DNA of 61,080 bases, the filler included. It is 4 parts of 4 records of this genome, joined end to end, with 100 filler letters (N's around TTAATTAATTAA, not from the genome) between each part and the next. Parts side by side here need not be neighbours in the genome. Positions count along the whole stretch, not along the records: positions 19,539 to 36,947 come from DRR378314_660; positions 37,048 to 44,992 come from DRR378314_662; positions 45,093 to 61,080 come from DRR378314_663; 1 more part is not named here. The stretch is one strand, 5' to 3'. Positions 34,631-46,161 of this stretch are shown here, piece by piece. Under the pieces are notes generated by a model. It was not told the origin of the DNA, did no database searches, and saw only the letters and a list, made by a program, of their open reading frames with translations. The number at the start of each line of letters is the position of its first letter. Within the stretch, counting starts at the first letter, position 1. Both the position numbers and the translations under genes were made by a program.

Positions 34631-34703
34631 CCGATGCCGTTGAACGTTCTATTCGCCTAATAACGCGAGGCTCGCTGAGTATTCAGCGAGCCGTAGGAGA
34701 CGC

Positions 34704-35261
34704 ATGCAAAGCTTTAAGCATCATTTTTTGATGGCTATGCCTCACTTGGATGACCCTAATTTTGCCGGTAGCCTGATCTACCTTTGCGACCATGATCACA
34801 ATGGTTGCATGGGGGTCATCGCCAATCGTCCACTTGAAATTACCCTCGATGCCCTCTTTGAGCAGCTGTCGCTGGGAGGCGATGATAGCCCGCACCGTAA
34901 TGCGCCAGTCTATTATGGCGGCCCTATGCATAAGGACCGTGGCTTCATTCTGCATATCGGTGATAGCCAGGAGTGGGACTCCAGTGTCCAGGTAGAAGAC
35001 GGTATTGCGCTGACCACCTCGATGGATATTCTTCAGGCGCTTGCCGATGACACAGGCCCCGAGGATTTTCTGGTGTGTCTAGGCTGTGCTGGCTGGGACG
35101 TTGGGCAATTAGAAGACGAGCTAAAAGAGAATGCGTGGTTGACGGTCGAAGGCCAAGGCAACGTACTGTTTAACACCCCTCCCGCTGAGCGTCTAACCGC
35201 TGCCGCTGGCATACTGGGCGTTGATCTGAACCTGATGACCCGCGACGCGGGCCATGCATGA
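34704..35261 (+). CDS. yqgE: YqgE/AlgH family protein (UPF0301)
   Basis: HFLMAMP..DPNF, GGPM..DRGFILH, LGCAGW..GQLE.EL.ENAWL; gshB-yqgE-ruvX synteny. Confidence 0.93.
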   Translation: MQSFKHHFLMAMPHLDDPNFAGSLIYLCDHDHNGCMGVIANRPLEITLDALFEQLSLGGDDSPHRNAPVYYGGPMHKDRGFILHIGDSQEWDSSVQVEDGIALTTSMDILQALADDTGPEDFLVCLGCAGWDVGQLEDELKENAWLTVEGQGNVLFNTPPAERLTAAAGILGVDLNLMTRDAGHA

Positions 35262-35273
35262 TGGTTGAGTTTT

Positions 35274-35729
35274 ATGGCTGATCGTGGGCAACGGCTAATA
35301 CTCGCATTTGATTTTGGTACTCGGCGTATTGGCGTCGCGGTAGGTAATGAGTTGCTTAATAGCGCACGCGAGCTAACGCCGCTAACCGCTCGAGACGGCA
35401 TTCCTGACTGGAACGTTGTTACACGGTTAGTAGAGGAGTGGCAGCCTGACTTGTTTGTGGTTGGCCTGCCGCTGAATATGGATGGTACTGAGTCTGCGAT
35501 GAGCGCGCGGTCACGCAAGTTCGGTAATCGCCTGCACGGGCGCTATGGCAAGCCTTGTGAAATGGTTGACGAGCGTGGCTCTACTCGCGAAGCGAAGCAG
35601 ATCGCTCATGCGGCAGGCCATCGTGGTAACTATCGAGAAGAAAGTGTCGATGGCATCGCTGCTGTGCTTATTCTAGAAGGTTGGTTTGCCCACCAAGAAG
35701 GACTTCCTGGTGGGCGGATCGCTCATTAA
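35274..35729 (+). CDS. ruvX: RuvX/YqgF pre-16S rRNA nuclease
   Basis: LAFDFGTRRIGVAVG, VVGLPLNMDG, VDERGST, VDGIAAVLIL. Confidence 0.95.
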   Translation: MADRGQRLILAFDFGTRRIGVAVGNELLNSARELTPLTARDGIPDWNVVTRLVEEWQPDLFVVGLPLNMDGTESAMSARSRKFGNRLHGRYGKPCEMVDERGSTREAKQIAHAAGHRGNYREESVDGIAAVLILEGWFAHQEGLPGGRIAH

Positions 35730-35744
35730 ACCTGATGTAATGAC

Positions 35745-36770
35745 TTAACGGTCTAGAGTGCCGGTTTGAGATGGCACAAACCAGCGCACTGGTCTCAGGT
35801 CTTTCTCAATCAGCTCATCTACCTTTAATAGCGTGGCAAAAATGGCCATCCGCATGGGGATCCCGTTGTCAGTTTGGCGGAAAATCGCCAAACGCGGGTC
35901 TCCGTTAAGATTCACGTTTAGGTCATTGGCGCCAGGGCGGCTATCTCGGGGTAGTGGGTGCATGACAATCGTACTTTGGCTGCAGCGCTGATCCAGAAAG
36001 TCGCGATTAACCATAAAGTCATCGGAAAGCCCCTGAAAGCTCTCGTTCATTTCATCGGTAAAACGCTCTTTCTGGATGCGTGTGGTGTAAACCACGTCCA
36101 GATCTGAGAAGTCGCTGGCCAGTGAGTCACGTTGTTCGACGCGGTGCCCGCGAGACGTCACAAGGTCAATCAGCGCGGTCGGCATTTCCAGGCCCGGTGG
36201 AGATACCAAGGTAATGCGCAGCGGATCATAGAGAGACAGTAGCTTGATCAGCGAATGCACGGTGCGGCCATATTTCAAATCACCGGTCAGCAGAATATGT
36301 GCGCCGCTGAGTGATTTACCTAATCGCTGAAACTCTTTATCAATCGTATAAAGATCGAGCAGTGCTTGGCTTGGGTGTTCACCTGGGCCATCCCCACCGT
36401 TAATTACCGGCACATTGGTGGCGGCGGCGAACTCTGCTACCGATCCTTGATCTGGATGGCGCATAACAATCGCATCGCAATAGCCACTCATCACTCGACT
36501 AGTATCGTAAAGCGATTCACCCTTGGCCATAGAAGAGAAAGTAAAGCCGGTGGTGTCACACACACTTCCCCCCAGACGGCAAAACGCGGCATTAAAGCTC
36601 ACGCGTGTGCGTGTACTCGCTTCAAAGAACAAGTTACCAAGCACAGCACCTTCCAGCACCCGAGTAACGTGGCGACGGCTGGCAATAGGTTCCATACGCG
36701 CTGCAACGCGTAGCAGGTGGTCAACGCTTTCGCGCTGTAATGAATCGACAGTTAATAGATGCTGGCTCAT
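35745..36770 (-). CDS. pyrB: Aspartate carbamoyltransferase catalytic subunit
   Basis: FFEASTRT, KGESL.DT, NGGDG..EHPSQALLD, GDLKYGRTVHS, RIQKER, MHPLPR. Confidence 0.95.
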   Translation of the reverse strand: MSQHLLTVDSLQRESVDHLLRVAARMEPIASRRHVTRVLEGAVLGNLFFEASTRTRVSFNAAFCRLGGSVCDTTGFTFSSMAKGESLYDTSRVMSGYCDAIVMRHPDQGSVAEFAAATNVPVINGGDGPGEHPSQALLDLYTIDKEFQRLGKSLSGAHILLTGDLKYGRTVHSLIKLLSLYDPLRITLVSPPGLEMPTALIDLVTSRGHRVEQRDSLASDFSDLDVVYTTRIQKERFTDEMNESFQGLSDDFMVNRDFLDQRCSQSTIVMHPLPRDSRPGANDLNVNLNGDPRLAIFRQTDNGIPMRMAIFATLLKVDELIEKDLRPVRWFVPSQTGTLDR

Positions 36771-36909
36771 CACGGACCTCAGAATGGGGGTGGGCGTTGG
36801 GGGCTATAAAGCTGGTATAAGTGTAACCGCCAATGGAGTGCCGTCGAAGCGCTTTCAATTAGCAAACGGCCTGCCTTAAAACTTTTTCGCACTTATCTAT
36901 AAATAGCCC

Positions 36910-36947
36910 TTGCCAAAACGGCAGCGAATCCGTAAAGTACGCATCCG
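36910..36947 (+). promoter_or_regulatory. Stable-RNA-type sigma70 promoter at the contig end
   Basis: TTGCCA-17 bp-TAAAGT, AT-rich upstream element and ACGCATCCG discriminator; the contig ends immediately after. Confidence 0.6.
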
Positions 36948-37047
36948 NNNNNNNNNNNNNNNNNNNNNNNNNNNNNNNNNNNNNNNNNNNNTTAATTAAT
37001 TAANNNNNNNNNNNNNNNNNNNNNNNNNNNNNNNNNNNNNNNNNNNN
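36948..37047. other. Artificial contig spacer
   Basis: N44-TTAATTAATTAA-N44. Confidence 0.99.
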
Positions 37048-37217
37048 GCTGGGAGCCGTTAGTCGGCGGCGCGACGCGGGGAGCGCGGTCGTGAGCGGAC
37101 GCGTCGGCCTCCAGCGGCCGCGTAGCGCTCGACGCGACCCGTTCTCGCTCGCATCTCGCCCTCCGCTCTTCCCCGCCCCTGGCACCCATCGTCACTTCAC
37201 TCACACTACCGATGTAG

Positions 37218-40200
37218 ATACGATCAGGAGGCCGAGACCTTCAAGTCGACCGGTCCGCGTGGTCAACAAGAAGCGAGTCCGCTCCGCGCTCAGCTACGCT
37301 CTAGGGCTATCTCTCGCTAACCCTCGTTCCGCGGGTGCTTCACGCGCTCTGTCCTGCTCCGCGACCGCACATCGTGCAGAAAGTGTTCGAGCAGTCTGTA
37401 CGCGAGTACCCAGATTTTGCGGATGGGTATCATGGCATTGCGGGAGTTTTATCGGAAATGCGACATTACAAAGATGTGCGTTGGGAAGGACTGAGTGCAC
37501 GCGTTTCGTTGCTCTGCCCGTGGAGCGCGAGGCGAGTACGAACGCAATCGCGTCGAACTGAACAATTTCGCGGGCGGCAAGTCCTTTTCTCATGTGTAGA
37601 GACATGAAATTAATCTCTGAAGAATAAGATTAATGGGACAGGATGGAGCGACTTGCTGGTTCTACGTTTGTGAAGATTCACGCGAGAGAGTCCGCTGCGT
37701 AGGGCCAACAGCAGACGAGTAGCGAGAGCAATCACGCTCTAACCCCAACTACCGCGTTTTTTAGATACACGCTGGCGTGCGTTTCCATTCTTTCTCTTCG
37801 ATCAATAGTGCTACCCCATCAGACAATGATAAGCATGTAAAGAAGCGTTTTCCCCGCGGTGCTTTGTTCCTTGGATGCGCGTGAACGGAGTAGCTCCGCT
37901 GCTCTCTGCGCACGAGTATCCTGGATCCACCTGGTTCTCGCTGCGCTAACAGTCGCCGTGGTGCTTTTTTGCGCTGTAAACGCTGTCTCCGTGTCGACAA
38001 TTTCTCTTTCCTTGCGAGTGTAGGCGATTCCCTACGCGCAGAGAGCTGTGCAGATCGATCCAGAGCACGCGGAGGCACTTGGGACGCTCTGTATGGCGAT
38101 GAAACACACGGGGAAAGCTGACGAAGCGCTCCCGCTCTGCCACCAAGCTGCACAGCATCCGCGCGCTACCGCAAGTACGACCACACAACGCTCCTACCGT
38201 CATTCTCTCTCGCGCGCCCTTCTCTCGGTCGTTTTGCGCTCGCTGTTCTGGGAAAGGGCTGTCTGAGAACAGGCCCCTTGCAATCAAAAACGCCTTCGCA
38301 GGACAAGGTGTAGACTGGAATCTGACAGTTTCTTTCCTCCTTTCTACCTGAGACCACACAATAGAGTCATATTCTGCGTTTCGGAGAAAAAGTGCCGCAA
38401 CGTGCCTTTAATGTTTACGAGGAAATGTGCGTGAGGACGAGCTGTGTGCCTGTGAGACATGCTGTAGAGGTGACTGGAGTTTGTGGACTATGGTGTCGTC
38501 ACGGCGGAGATCAAAGGATCGTTGTGGCCGATGTCGCGCGCTCGTTTTGCTGCGAATCCGCGACTCTTCTCGCTCGTTCGTGAACTCACACGTCCATCAC
38601 TAATTACTACGGTAAAGGTGCGAGCGAGTGCCGCAGGAACTGACTGCTTGCTTCCGCTCACTGCATTGTCCTCTACTTGTGATCATCCTGTCTGTTTCGT
38701 CCAGATACGCTGTTGAATATCGCTGATTTCGTACGCACGAAAGCGAATGACCTGACAACAGCGCTCAAGTACATGCGAAAAGCGCACGAAAGAGCAGAGG
38801 ACAAGCCGACCAAGCTCTTTACTGCCTCGCTGGTACTATTTTACCTGCAAAGTGCCTGTGATTGGGATGAATGGGATAAAGTACGCGGTTCTATCACGGG
38901 AAACGTCCCGATTCAGCCCGATATCATCCGCGTGAGAGTAGATGAAATACTGTGACACTTTTCATCTCTCACGAGGAGCAAATCCCCCATGCTTTGAGAT
39001 TGCTTTTCGCTCGTATATATCGCGTGATACTCCGCCTGAACACTTTCTTTAGCGCGCAGTAAGGGTAATTTCCCTCCTGTTTCGCTACGTGTGACGTGCT
39101 GGCAGCGACAGACGTGACGGAGCGTTGCTCCTCCGCTCGCGGCTCATCTATCGCTAGTCTGTGTTTCCCGGACTCATGCCCCATTTTGCCGTATAAAGCA
39201 TCACTGGCAGGCCTTCTATGTTCTTCAATGCTGCGGACATGCGCTTTTTGCAAAGGTGGTGCGCATTTCGTTCCATTCTCATTGCTCACGTCAAAATTGT
39301 CTGTCTTGTGCGCTGTCTCCTATCGACTAGGTCTATGCTACAGTTCTCCAACTCTTGTCTACTGCGATTCGAGAGAATGATATAAGTACCATGAAATCCG
39401 TTCATCCGTTCCACGCACTTTCCCTTCCTCTGCCTCCAAACGCGGTATATGCGATGAATCACGCCATCAGTCTCGAGGCAGCGCGGAAGGCTCATTCTGG
39501 GATCCAGGCGATCCAGTTGGTGGATTCGGTAGTTGCAAACGAGACTGCGCCGTACCGACGACCGTTATCTCCTCGACGCGGAGCCAACTCGGGTCACAAA
39601 CTCCGTGTTGGATTTGTATCGACGAATTCCAGAGACCACACGATCCTTATGGTGATGAACAACCTCGTCGGGAACACGGACGCGGATATCGAGTACTTCA
39701 TTTTCTTTTCCGTGATTCCGCAATCGGGTTCTGGACAGGAGGCAGCGCTGATCGACGACGTCATGAAGTGCGTTTACCGCGCCGCAGCGTTTCTGTTGCC
39801 TTGACGAGTTTGCTTTCAGACTTTGCGCAACTTTTCTCTCCGCTACTTCGGACTAAGAAACCGCATATGTGTCGTCGTTTTTACCACTGCCGCTATGCTT
39901 AACCAGGACCGGTGTCCAATTCGTCAATATCCACTCGCGGTCTGACCGAGAGGTTGCTTTGTTGGTTCGAGCGGCGAAGATCGATGTCCTCGTCCATGTC
40001 AACGGTCTCACAGAAGGCGCTGAAGAGAATGTTCGCATTCTCGCTCCCCGTCCAGCACCTGTTCAGGGTATTTTACAGGTACATGCGCTCCTGGTGGCAG
40101 CGGAAACACGGTGCTGGACGAGAGAGAGAGAGAGAGAGAAGGGCTATATGGAAACCTGTCTCCGTGTCCTCGTCGCTGGATCACTCGCAAGGTCGTTTAG

Positions 40201-42679
40201 CACTCTCATCGCTCGTACTCAGGATTCTCGTGTTTCGTTCTCCTTTCTCTACACTTTTCTCCGCTGTAGGGCTACTGTGCGACCACTGGCGCTGCCTACG
40301 TCGACTTCATGGTGGGAGATCGTGTGTCGAACCCGCCAGAGCACCAGAGTCACTTCGCGGAGTCTCTGTCGCTGTTTCCGCGTGTGTTCATGACTCCGCT
40401 GCTCTTCCACCGCTTTCAGCCGCTCGCGCGACATCCACTTCCGCGATCGAGATTCCAGGAGGGGAAAACGGGGAACTTCACCCGCGCGGACTTTGATATT
40501 CCCGAGGGCAAGTTCGTCTTCTGCAACATGGGATCAAAGTTTAAGATCGATCGCGAGTTTTTCCGCATCTGGATGAGGATTTTGGCGCAGAATCCGGATT
40601 CGGTTCTCTGGATGAAGAGTTTCCCCTCCGAAGCAGATGAAAACCTCCGCAGGGAAGCGCTCGCCGCCGGAATCGACCCGTCCCGCCTCATTTTCAGCTC
40701 CGCGCTCCACCAACACGCTTACCTGGCGATCTGGCGGACAGTGTGCGATTTGTTCTTGGATACACGCGTGTATTCCGCACATTCGCAAACGCTCGATCTT
40801 ATCCACGTCGGTGTTCCAATTCTCACGCTTCCCGGGTAAGCGCTCTCTCGCTCTCTCTTTCGCATAATCAGCGCGAACCAAGAAGAAAAATTCGGCCACG
40901 AGCAAGTGGGAATTATCGCTGGAAACGCGCCGCAGATCGCGTAAAACGCGGATTCGCGGGAACCGCGGTGGGAGAGCTGAACGCAGAGGGGAAGAGGGAG
41001 AGTACGGCCGTTATTCTTGTTTCGTTCATATACTCTTCGTAGGTATTTTTGATGACTAAGATGGTGCGAATTCGGTACTCTGTTGCTCGTTTGTTGTTCT
41101 TGTTTAAGGTTTTCGCGTTCTTCTGTTCTGTGTTGCTAAGTGTCAGTTTCTTTCTCATTGTAATTTTTGCTATTTCTGAAAACGTCGTCTTCGGAGATTC
41201 GTGATTCCCAACTCGCTGTTTCTCCCTCACCCTCTCCCTCCCGGTCGCGTCTGCGCGTACAAAAGTATCCCACACGTCTTGATTCTCGTCCCTTGAAGCT
41301 GACGGCCAGCAACGCAGGAAAGCTGTTTCACACTACAGCAAAAAAAAGTATTCGCTTCGGACGAACGCAAGAGCCCAGGGAGAGAGTCGTCGCGCTCTTC
41401 TTCGCTGCGAAGTCGTAGTTCTCGTCCGCGCCGCAGTGCTCTTCCCCCTCCCTGTCTCTTCCTTTCTCTCCCCTGTTGATTTTGCGTATCGTCTACTCAC
41501 TCGCAGCCACTATCGCTCTGTCCTTGAATACTCACAATTGATCTCTCCACGGTGGCATATGCTCGCAATGCGCCATTCTTTCGTGCTGCAGTGACCGAAT
41601 GGTCTCGCGCGTTGGCGCGTCGCTTTTGCTCACTGCTGGATATCCGCAGCTACTCGCGCAGAACGAAGAAGATTACGTGGAAAAAGCGGTACGAGTGATG
41701 CGCGCCATGCACGACAGCAACGTGTTTGAGTCTTGTGTAGCAGCTTTGTGCTCATAGAGAGTAAGGGTTCGCGAGGACAACGGCATCCGGATTGTGAAAT
41801 AGAGAGAGTTCGTGGGTGAAGCAGATAGAACCGATTCCCCTTGGTCTCTCATTCTTGCCCAGTTTCGGTAAATTACCGAGAAATTTTGTTGCTCTTCTGT
41901 TCCTTCTTCCCCATTTACTCTTCGATTCGCCCACACAGCGCTTTCATACTTATTTTATTTGTTTGTTTATTTGTTTATCGTTTGCAAGTGCGGTAGCTAA
42001 GCTGAATCTTCTTGACCAGCACATTGAGATTTGTTCGTGATAAGTGCTTTGATAAGAGAAACCACATTCTTGTCTTTCCAAAAAGTCACAGGTTCTTAGT
42101 CTTTCGCTTGTTGATAAGAGCGAGAATTGGCGGAACTAATCCTTATTTTCACGCGTTTCCTATTGTGTAGTCGATTATCGCGAAATACAATGATCGCGTG
42201 AGAGACGTGCGTGAGTTCCGTTCTCATATGCGGAATATCGAACCGATGATGAACACCAAGGTACAGACTTTGTCTGAAAAGGGGGAGAGAGATCGTGAAA
42301 CGGATGGTGAAGAGAATCGACCAAACTAAATAAGCTAATTACTGTCATCTTCATGATCGGTTTTGATCTCTCTTATGCCGCTGTGGTTCAATTTGTAATC
42401 CTCCGTGATAGAAAAATTGTTCCACTTTCTCCCTTCCCTATTACATTTGCCAATTCGTTTGGGAAAGCGCATCGATCAGTCCTTGAATTAGAATATTTCT
42501 CTATTCCAACGTTCCGTTTGCTCAACGTTCTTGATTCGCCCATGTCCTAACCCTTATTCTTTGCGCTGTTTTTTTTTTCTTGGTAACTTCAGAACTGGTT
42601 TGCCGATTATTCGCGAATGATGAAGCTTCAGTGGGAATTATTCGCAGCGGAAAAGCGGCATTTCCATCTCGTGTTGTAA
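37218..42679 (+). CDS. TPR + GT41 O-GlcNAc transferase (OGT/SEC-like), multi-exon; 5' end uncertain
   Basis: TPR exons (YPDFADGYHGIAGVL; DPEHAEALGTL), then LQSACDW, SVHPFH, LRVGFVS..DH, IDVLVHVNGLT...RPAPVQ, GYCATTGA, FCNMGSKFKID, DLFLDT..YSAHS, GVPILTLPG, SRVGASLL and a terminal exon ending TAA at 42679. Collinear with OGT catalytic domains. Confidence 0.88.
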
Positions 42680-42918
42680 ATGCAGTGAAGAGGATGAAAA
42701 ATCTCACAAAATGTCGATTGTGAGTTTGTATTTTACCCATAATACATGATACCGGGTAATCACGACTCGACAAAAAGAAAGCATATCGACGGCAAAACGG
42801 GCACAAAATTCACATCAATGGACCGCGATAGAAAATGAAAAAAAATGTGCATTTTCCATTTCAAACATCGCCATGAAGAACTCGCTCTTCCATTGACAAT
42901 TCGTCGGAAAGAAACGAG

Positions 42919-44760
42919 TTACGAGACATCATAGACTATTGTTGGAGCATACTCATCATCTGCATCGTATTCAATCGATCTCGTGCGCAAAATTGCATCA
43001 ATATCCCACTGGAATCGCTTTCGAAGAAGTTTCCGAAGTCTTTCAGACCGTTTCTGCAAAGCAACAAAAGAAAGTAAAATAAGACCAAGAAATATGAAAA
43101 ACTGAACAAACAACGCATTCCTGCTCGTTTCAGAGCAGTATCGGGTCGAACAAAAACACACAAGGCAAAGAAACCGATGTCCTCACTCCTAGTTCTGCTA
43201 TGCAAAAGACCTTTCTTTCCGCTATAAGCTGCGTTGTTCCCTGTTTGCGTTCAACACATTCGATACGATTAAAATCTTGAACAAAACCTTTCACGTGCGA
43301 GTGTTTCTCTCCAGGAGCATGACGAGTACGTTCTACCAGGGAAATAACGAGAGCGAGAAGTATGAACAAAACACCGATACAAATAACAACGCCTACAAAG
43401 CAATCTTGGAACTTGCAGAGAGAAAGTAATGCGAGAAGAAGAAAAAAAACCTAAAACGCGAGTCCGTTCACTCAACAGCGAAACCGAATCGTTTCAGGTG
43501 TGGAAAGAGATACCGAAATACATAGTGACCATTTCCGGGTCTCGTTTTCTGACCCAATTACACAAAGGACATGATATTCTTCAAATTTACAAAAGGAAAG
43601 GGCTGTTTTCCAAAAAGCTGGAAATCGAGAACGAGAGCGAAGCACTTGGTATTTTTTTACTCAAAGAGCGAAGCAGCAGCTCCAAGACAAAGAGACATCC
43701 AGAAAGGTGACCAAATGCATATCTTGCACGGAAACGTGCAGAGTTGCGAGAGCGGATTTCAATCATGCAACAGAACCATATTCAGACTGTACAATATCGT
43801 GTGGCAACGAAAGGAAGAACACTTTACTTGTCGCCGGAAACTGCAACGAAGACTCATCCCAAACTGAGCAGAAACACCGCCGTCGAGCAGAGCTGGAAGA
43901 GAACAGACGCGAATTTGCGCACTTCGCTGATGTGGCTGCAGGCAGAACGCGCGCAGACCCGTACCCTGAGTTCGTCATTTTCTTCTTCCTGACTCTCATC
44001 CATTCGCTCAAAATGCTCCTACACGTGCACAGCCAGCGAGAGATATGCGTAAAATACGGAGAGCGTGAGTAAAACTCCACAGCAACTGCGCTCGCAAGGG
44101 TGTACAAGTCAGACAAGACCTTGGGCCTTTCCCATCGCCCAGGTGCGGTCCAGGAGCTATACGCAACCACATAAATTGCGACGGAATAGGAAATTTTCTA
44201 ACCTTGCGAAGAAGGAAAGCAAATTACCGGAGTCGCTGTGCGCGAACCAGATTTTCGCAACCAAGAGTCCTTGGATGTGACCGAAAGGAGGAGACGAGCG
44301 AGAAAAACATTGTCCCTCGAGGAAACCCATGTACGGCCTAGTATGTTAACCGATGACACTGCCACCAGCTTCGCTCCCCAGCTCTTTCAGCGTTCTCGCG
44401 TGTCTTTCAGATTTTGCTCGAAAGCGCTCGCGAATCAGCAAGCACGCTGTATATCCATGAAAATTACTCTAAGAAACCTTGGCAGGCACCAAGGCAAGGC
44501 AACGCGTAAAAACATGAGCGGACCTGAAGCGCATCCAGCAAGAAGTTCTCCCGCGAGAGCTCGTTGATAAAGAGGTCCTTGGGACAGGCTTGCAGCTGAT
44601 CGCAAAGCGCATCTGGAAACGAAATTGAAGAATGGAGGACCAAAAATTCCATCAGAAATGTGAATCAATAGTAGATACTCTGAATCAGCGATTCATGAAC
44701 TTCGTCGCCGGACCAATGGAAGAGACGAAACAACTCCGTGCAGCGTATACAACGCGGACA
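42919..44760 (-). CDS. Possible multi-exon membrane protein with a C-terminal TM helix
   Basis: Terminal exon FVQFFIFLGLILLSFVALQKRSERLRKLLRKRF...YDVS* (TM plus basic stop-transfer). Upstream exons are unresolved. Confidence 0.35.
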
Positions 44761-44992
44761 CACTGGATCTCGTCGCCGCGGGGCTGCGGGTGAGCGCTCG
44801 ACGGAGAGACTGCAGTGCTTTTCCCTTCCATCACGACACAACGGAGATGCGGAAAGAGGATGCAAATCGAAGTTTCGCAACCGAAAACGCGCGCGCATCA
44901 AAGCGCGATGCAAGTACGAGAAGAAAGCGCGAGAACGCGCTTCTCTTTGCGCAGACGAATACCCTCCTTCCTCGCCCGAAAGAGATTCAAAT

Positions 44993-45092
44993 NNNNNNNN
45001 NNNNNNNNNNNNNNNNNNNNNNNNNNNNNNNNNNNNTTAATTAATTAANNNNNNNNNNNNNNNNNNNNNNNNNNNNNNNNNNNNNNNNNNNN
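44993..45092. other. Artificial contig spacer
   Basis: N44-TTAATTAATTAA-N44. Confidence 0.99.
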
Positions 45093-45120
45093 CCGGGTCA
45101 GTTCTCAATGAAAACCAACA
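45093..45120. mobile_element. Terminal inverted repeat of a probable IS21-family insertion sequence
   Basis: Reverse complement TGTTGGTTTTCATTGAGAACTGACCCGG fits the TG...AAnTGACCC pattern of IS21-family ends. It places an in-frame TGA (45109-45111) just before the dctM PPVG codons. Confidence 0.65.
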
Positions 45121-45273
45121 CCGCCGGTTGGCACAACGCTGTTTGTGTCTGTCGCCATTGAACGTGTTCCCATGGGCAAGGTCGTGATGCAATTGCTGCC
45201 CTTCTATCTGGTCGCAATTCTTGTGCTGATGTTGGTCAGCTTTGTACCCGGCCTGACCACGATCTTCCTCTGA
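45121..45273 (+). pseudogene. dctM: 3' fragment of TRAP transporter large permease DctM, apparently IS-interrupted
   Basis: PPVGTTLFVSVAIERVPMGKVVMQLLPFYLVAILVLMLVSFVPGLTTIFL* is a typical DctM C-terminus. The frame is closed by a stop four codons upstream. Confidence 0.75.
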
Positions 45274-45312
45274 AATCCCATGCAAGCAAACACCCAACCA
45301 TTGAGGGCCCAA

Positions 45313-46161
45313 ATGGCTATTACTGCGACGACACATCTCTCAAATATCTCACTGGAGGAACGCGCGCGGCGCATCCGCGTGCATGGTCTGAAAATGGCCC
45401 GCGTCGTCGGCAAAGCCTATGTCGGACAGGTGCTTGCAATGGCTGATGTCTTATCTGTGCTGTACTTCCATGCTTTGAACTATCGTTCGGAAGATCCGGA
45501 ATGGGATGGCAGAGATCGGTTTTTCCTGTCGCATGGCCACATGGGCATTGCCCTTTATGGGGCACTCATTGAGGCGGGTATTTTGCCAGAAGATGAGCTT
45601 GAAACCTATGGCCAGGACGACAGTCGTTTCCCGATTTCCATCCAGCCAGCCTATACGCCGGGCATTGAAATTGCGAGCGGCACACTGGGTCACGGGCTTG
45701 GCATCGCGGTTGGGTCTGCGCTGACTTTACGCCGTCGTGGCAAGCCTTCGTTCATGTATTGTATGACGTCCGATGGCGAAATCAATGAAGGCTCTACCTG
45801 GGAGGCCGCCCTAAACGCAGGCAATCACAAACTCAAAAACCTGATTGTGGTGATGGACAATAACGACATGCAGAATGACGGGCCATCCTCGGAGGTCATG
45901 AACCTGGAACCCATTCAGGATAAATGGGCGGCCTTTGGGTTCGAAGTCTGGCGCGTGGATGGGAATAACATTCCGGCCCTGTGCCAAGCATTTGATGAGG
46001 CAAGGAATTCCAAAGCTGACAAGCCGCGTATCATCATCTGTGACAATCAGATGGGCAAAGGTGTCTCCTTTGTCGAACACCGTGAAAAGCAGGTTCATTT
46101 TATGCCTTGGTCCGCCGCAGATCTTGAACGGGCTCTGGCAGAATTGGGAGACAACAAATGA
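45313..46161 (+). CDS. Split transketolase-like protein, N-terminal (ThDP-binding) subunit, copy 1
   Basis: DRFFLSHGH, GTLGHGLG, SDGEINEGSTWEA...DNN. ATG 45313 has a GAGG RBS; alternative start 45280. Confidence 0.9.
   Translation: MAITATTHLSNISLEERARRIRVHGLKMARVVGKAYVGQVLAMADVLSVLYFHALNYRSEDPEWDGRDRFFLSHGHMGIALYGALIEAGILPEDELETYGQDDSRFPISIQPAYTPGIEIASGTLGHGLGIAVGSALTLRRRGKPSFMYCMTSDGEINEGSTWEAALNAGNHKLKNLIVVMDNNDMQNDGPSSEVMNLEPIQDKWAAFGFEVWRVDGNNIPALCQAFDEARNSKADKPRIIICDNQMGKGVSFVEHREKQVHFMPWSAADLERALAELGDNK

Noticed and set aside
19439-45092. Apparent bacterial-to-eukaryote horizontal transfer (bacterial genes flanked by intron-containing genes)
   Set aside because: All junctions are artificial spacers; there is no physical linkage.
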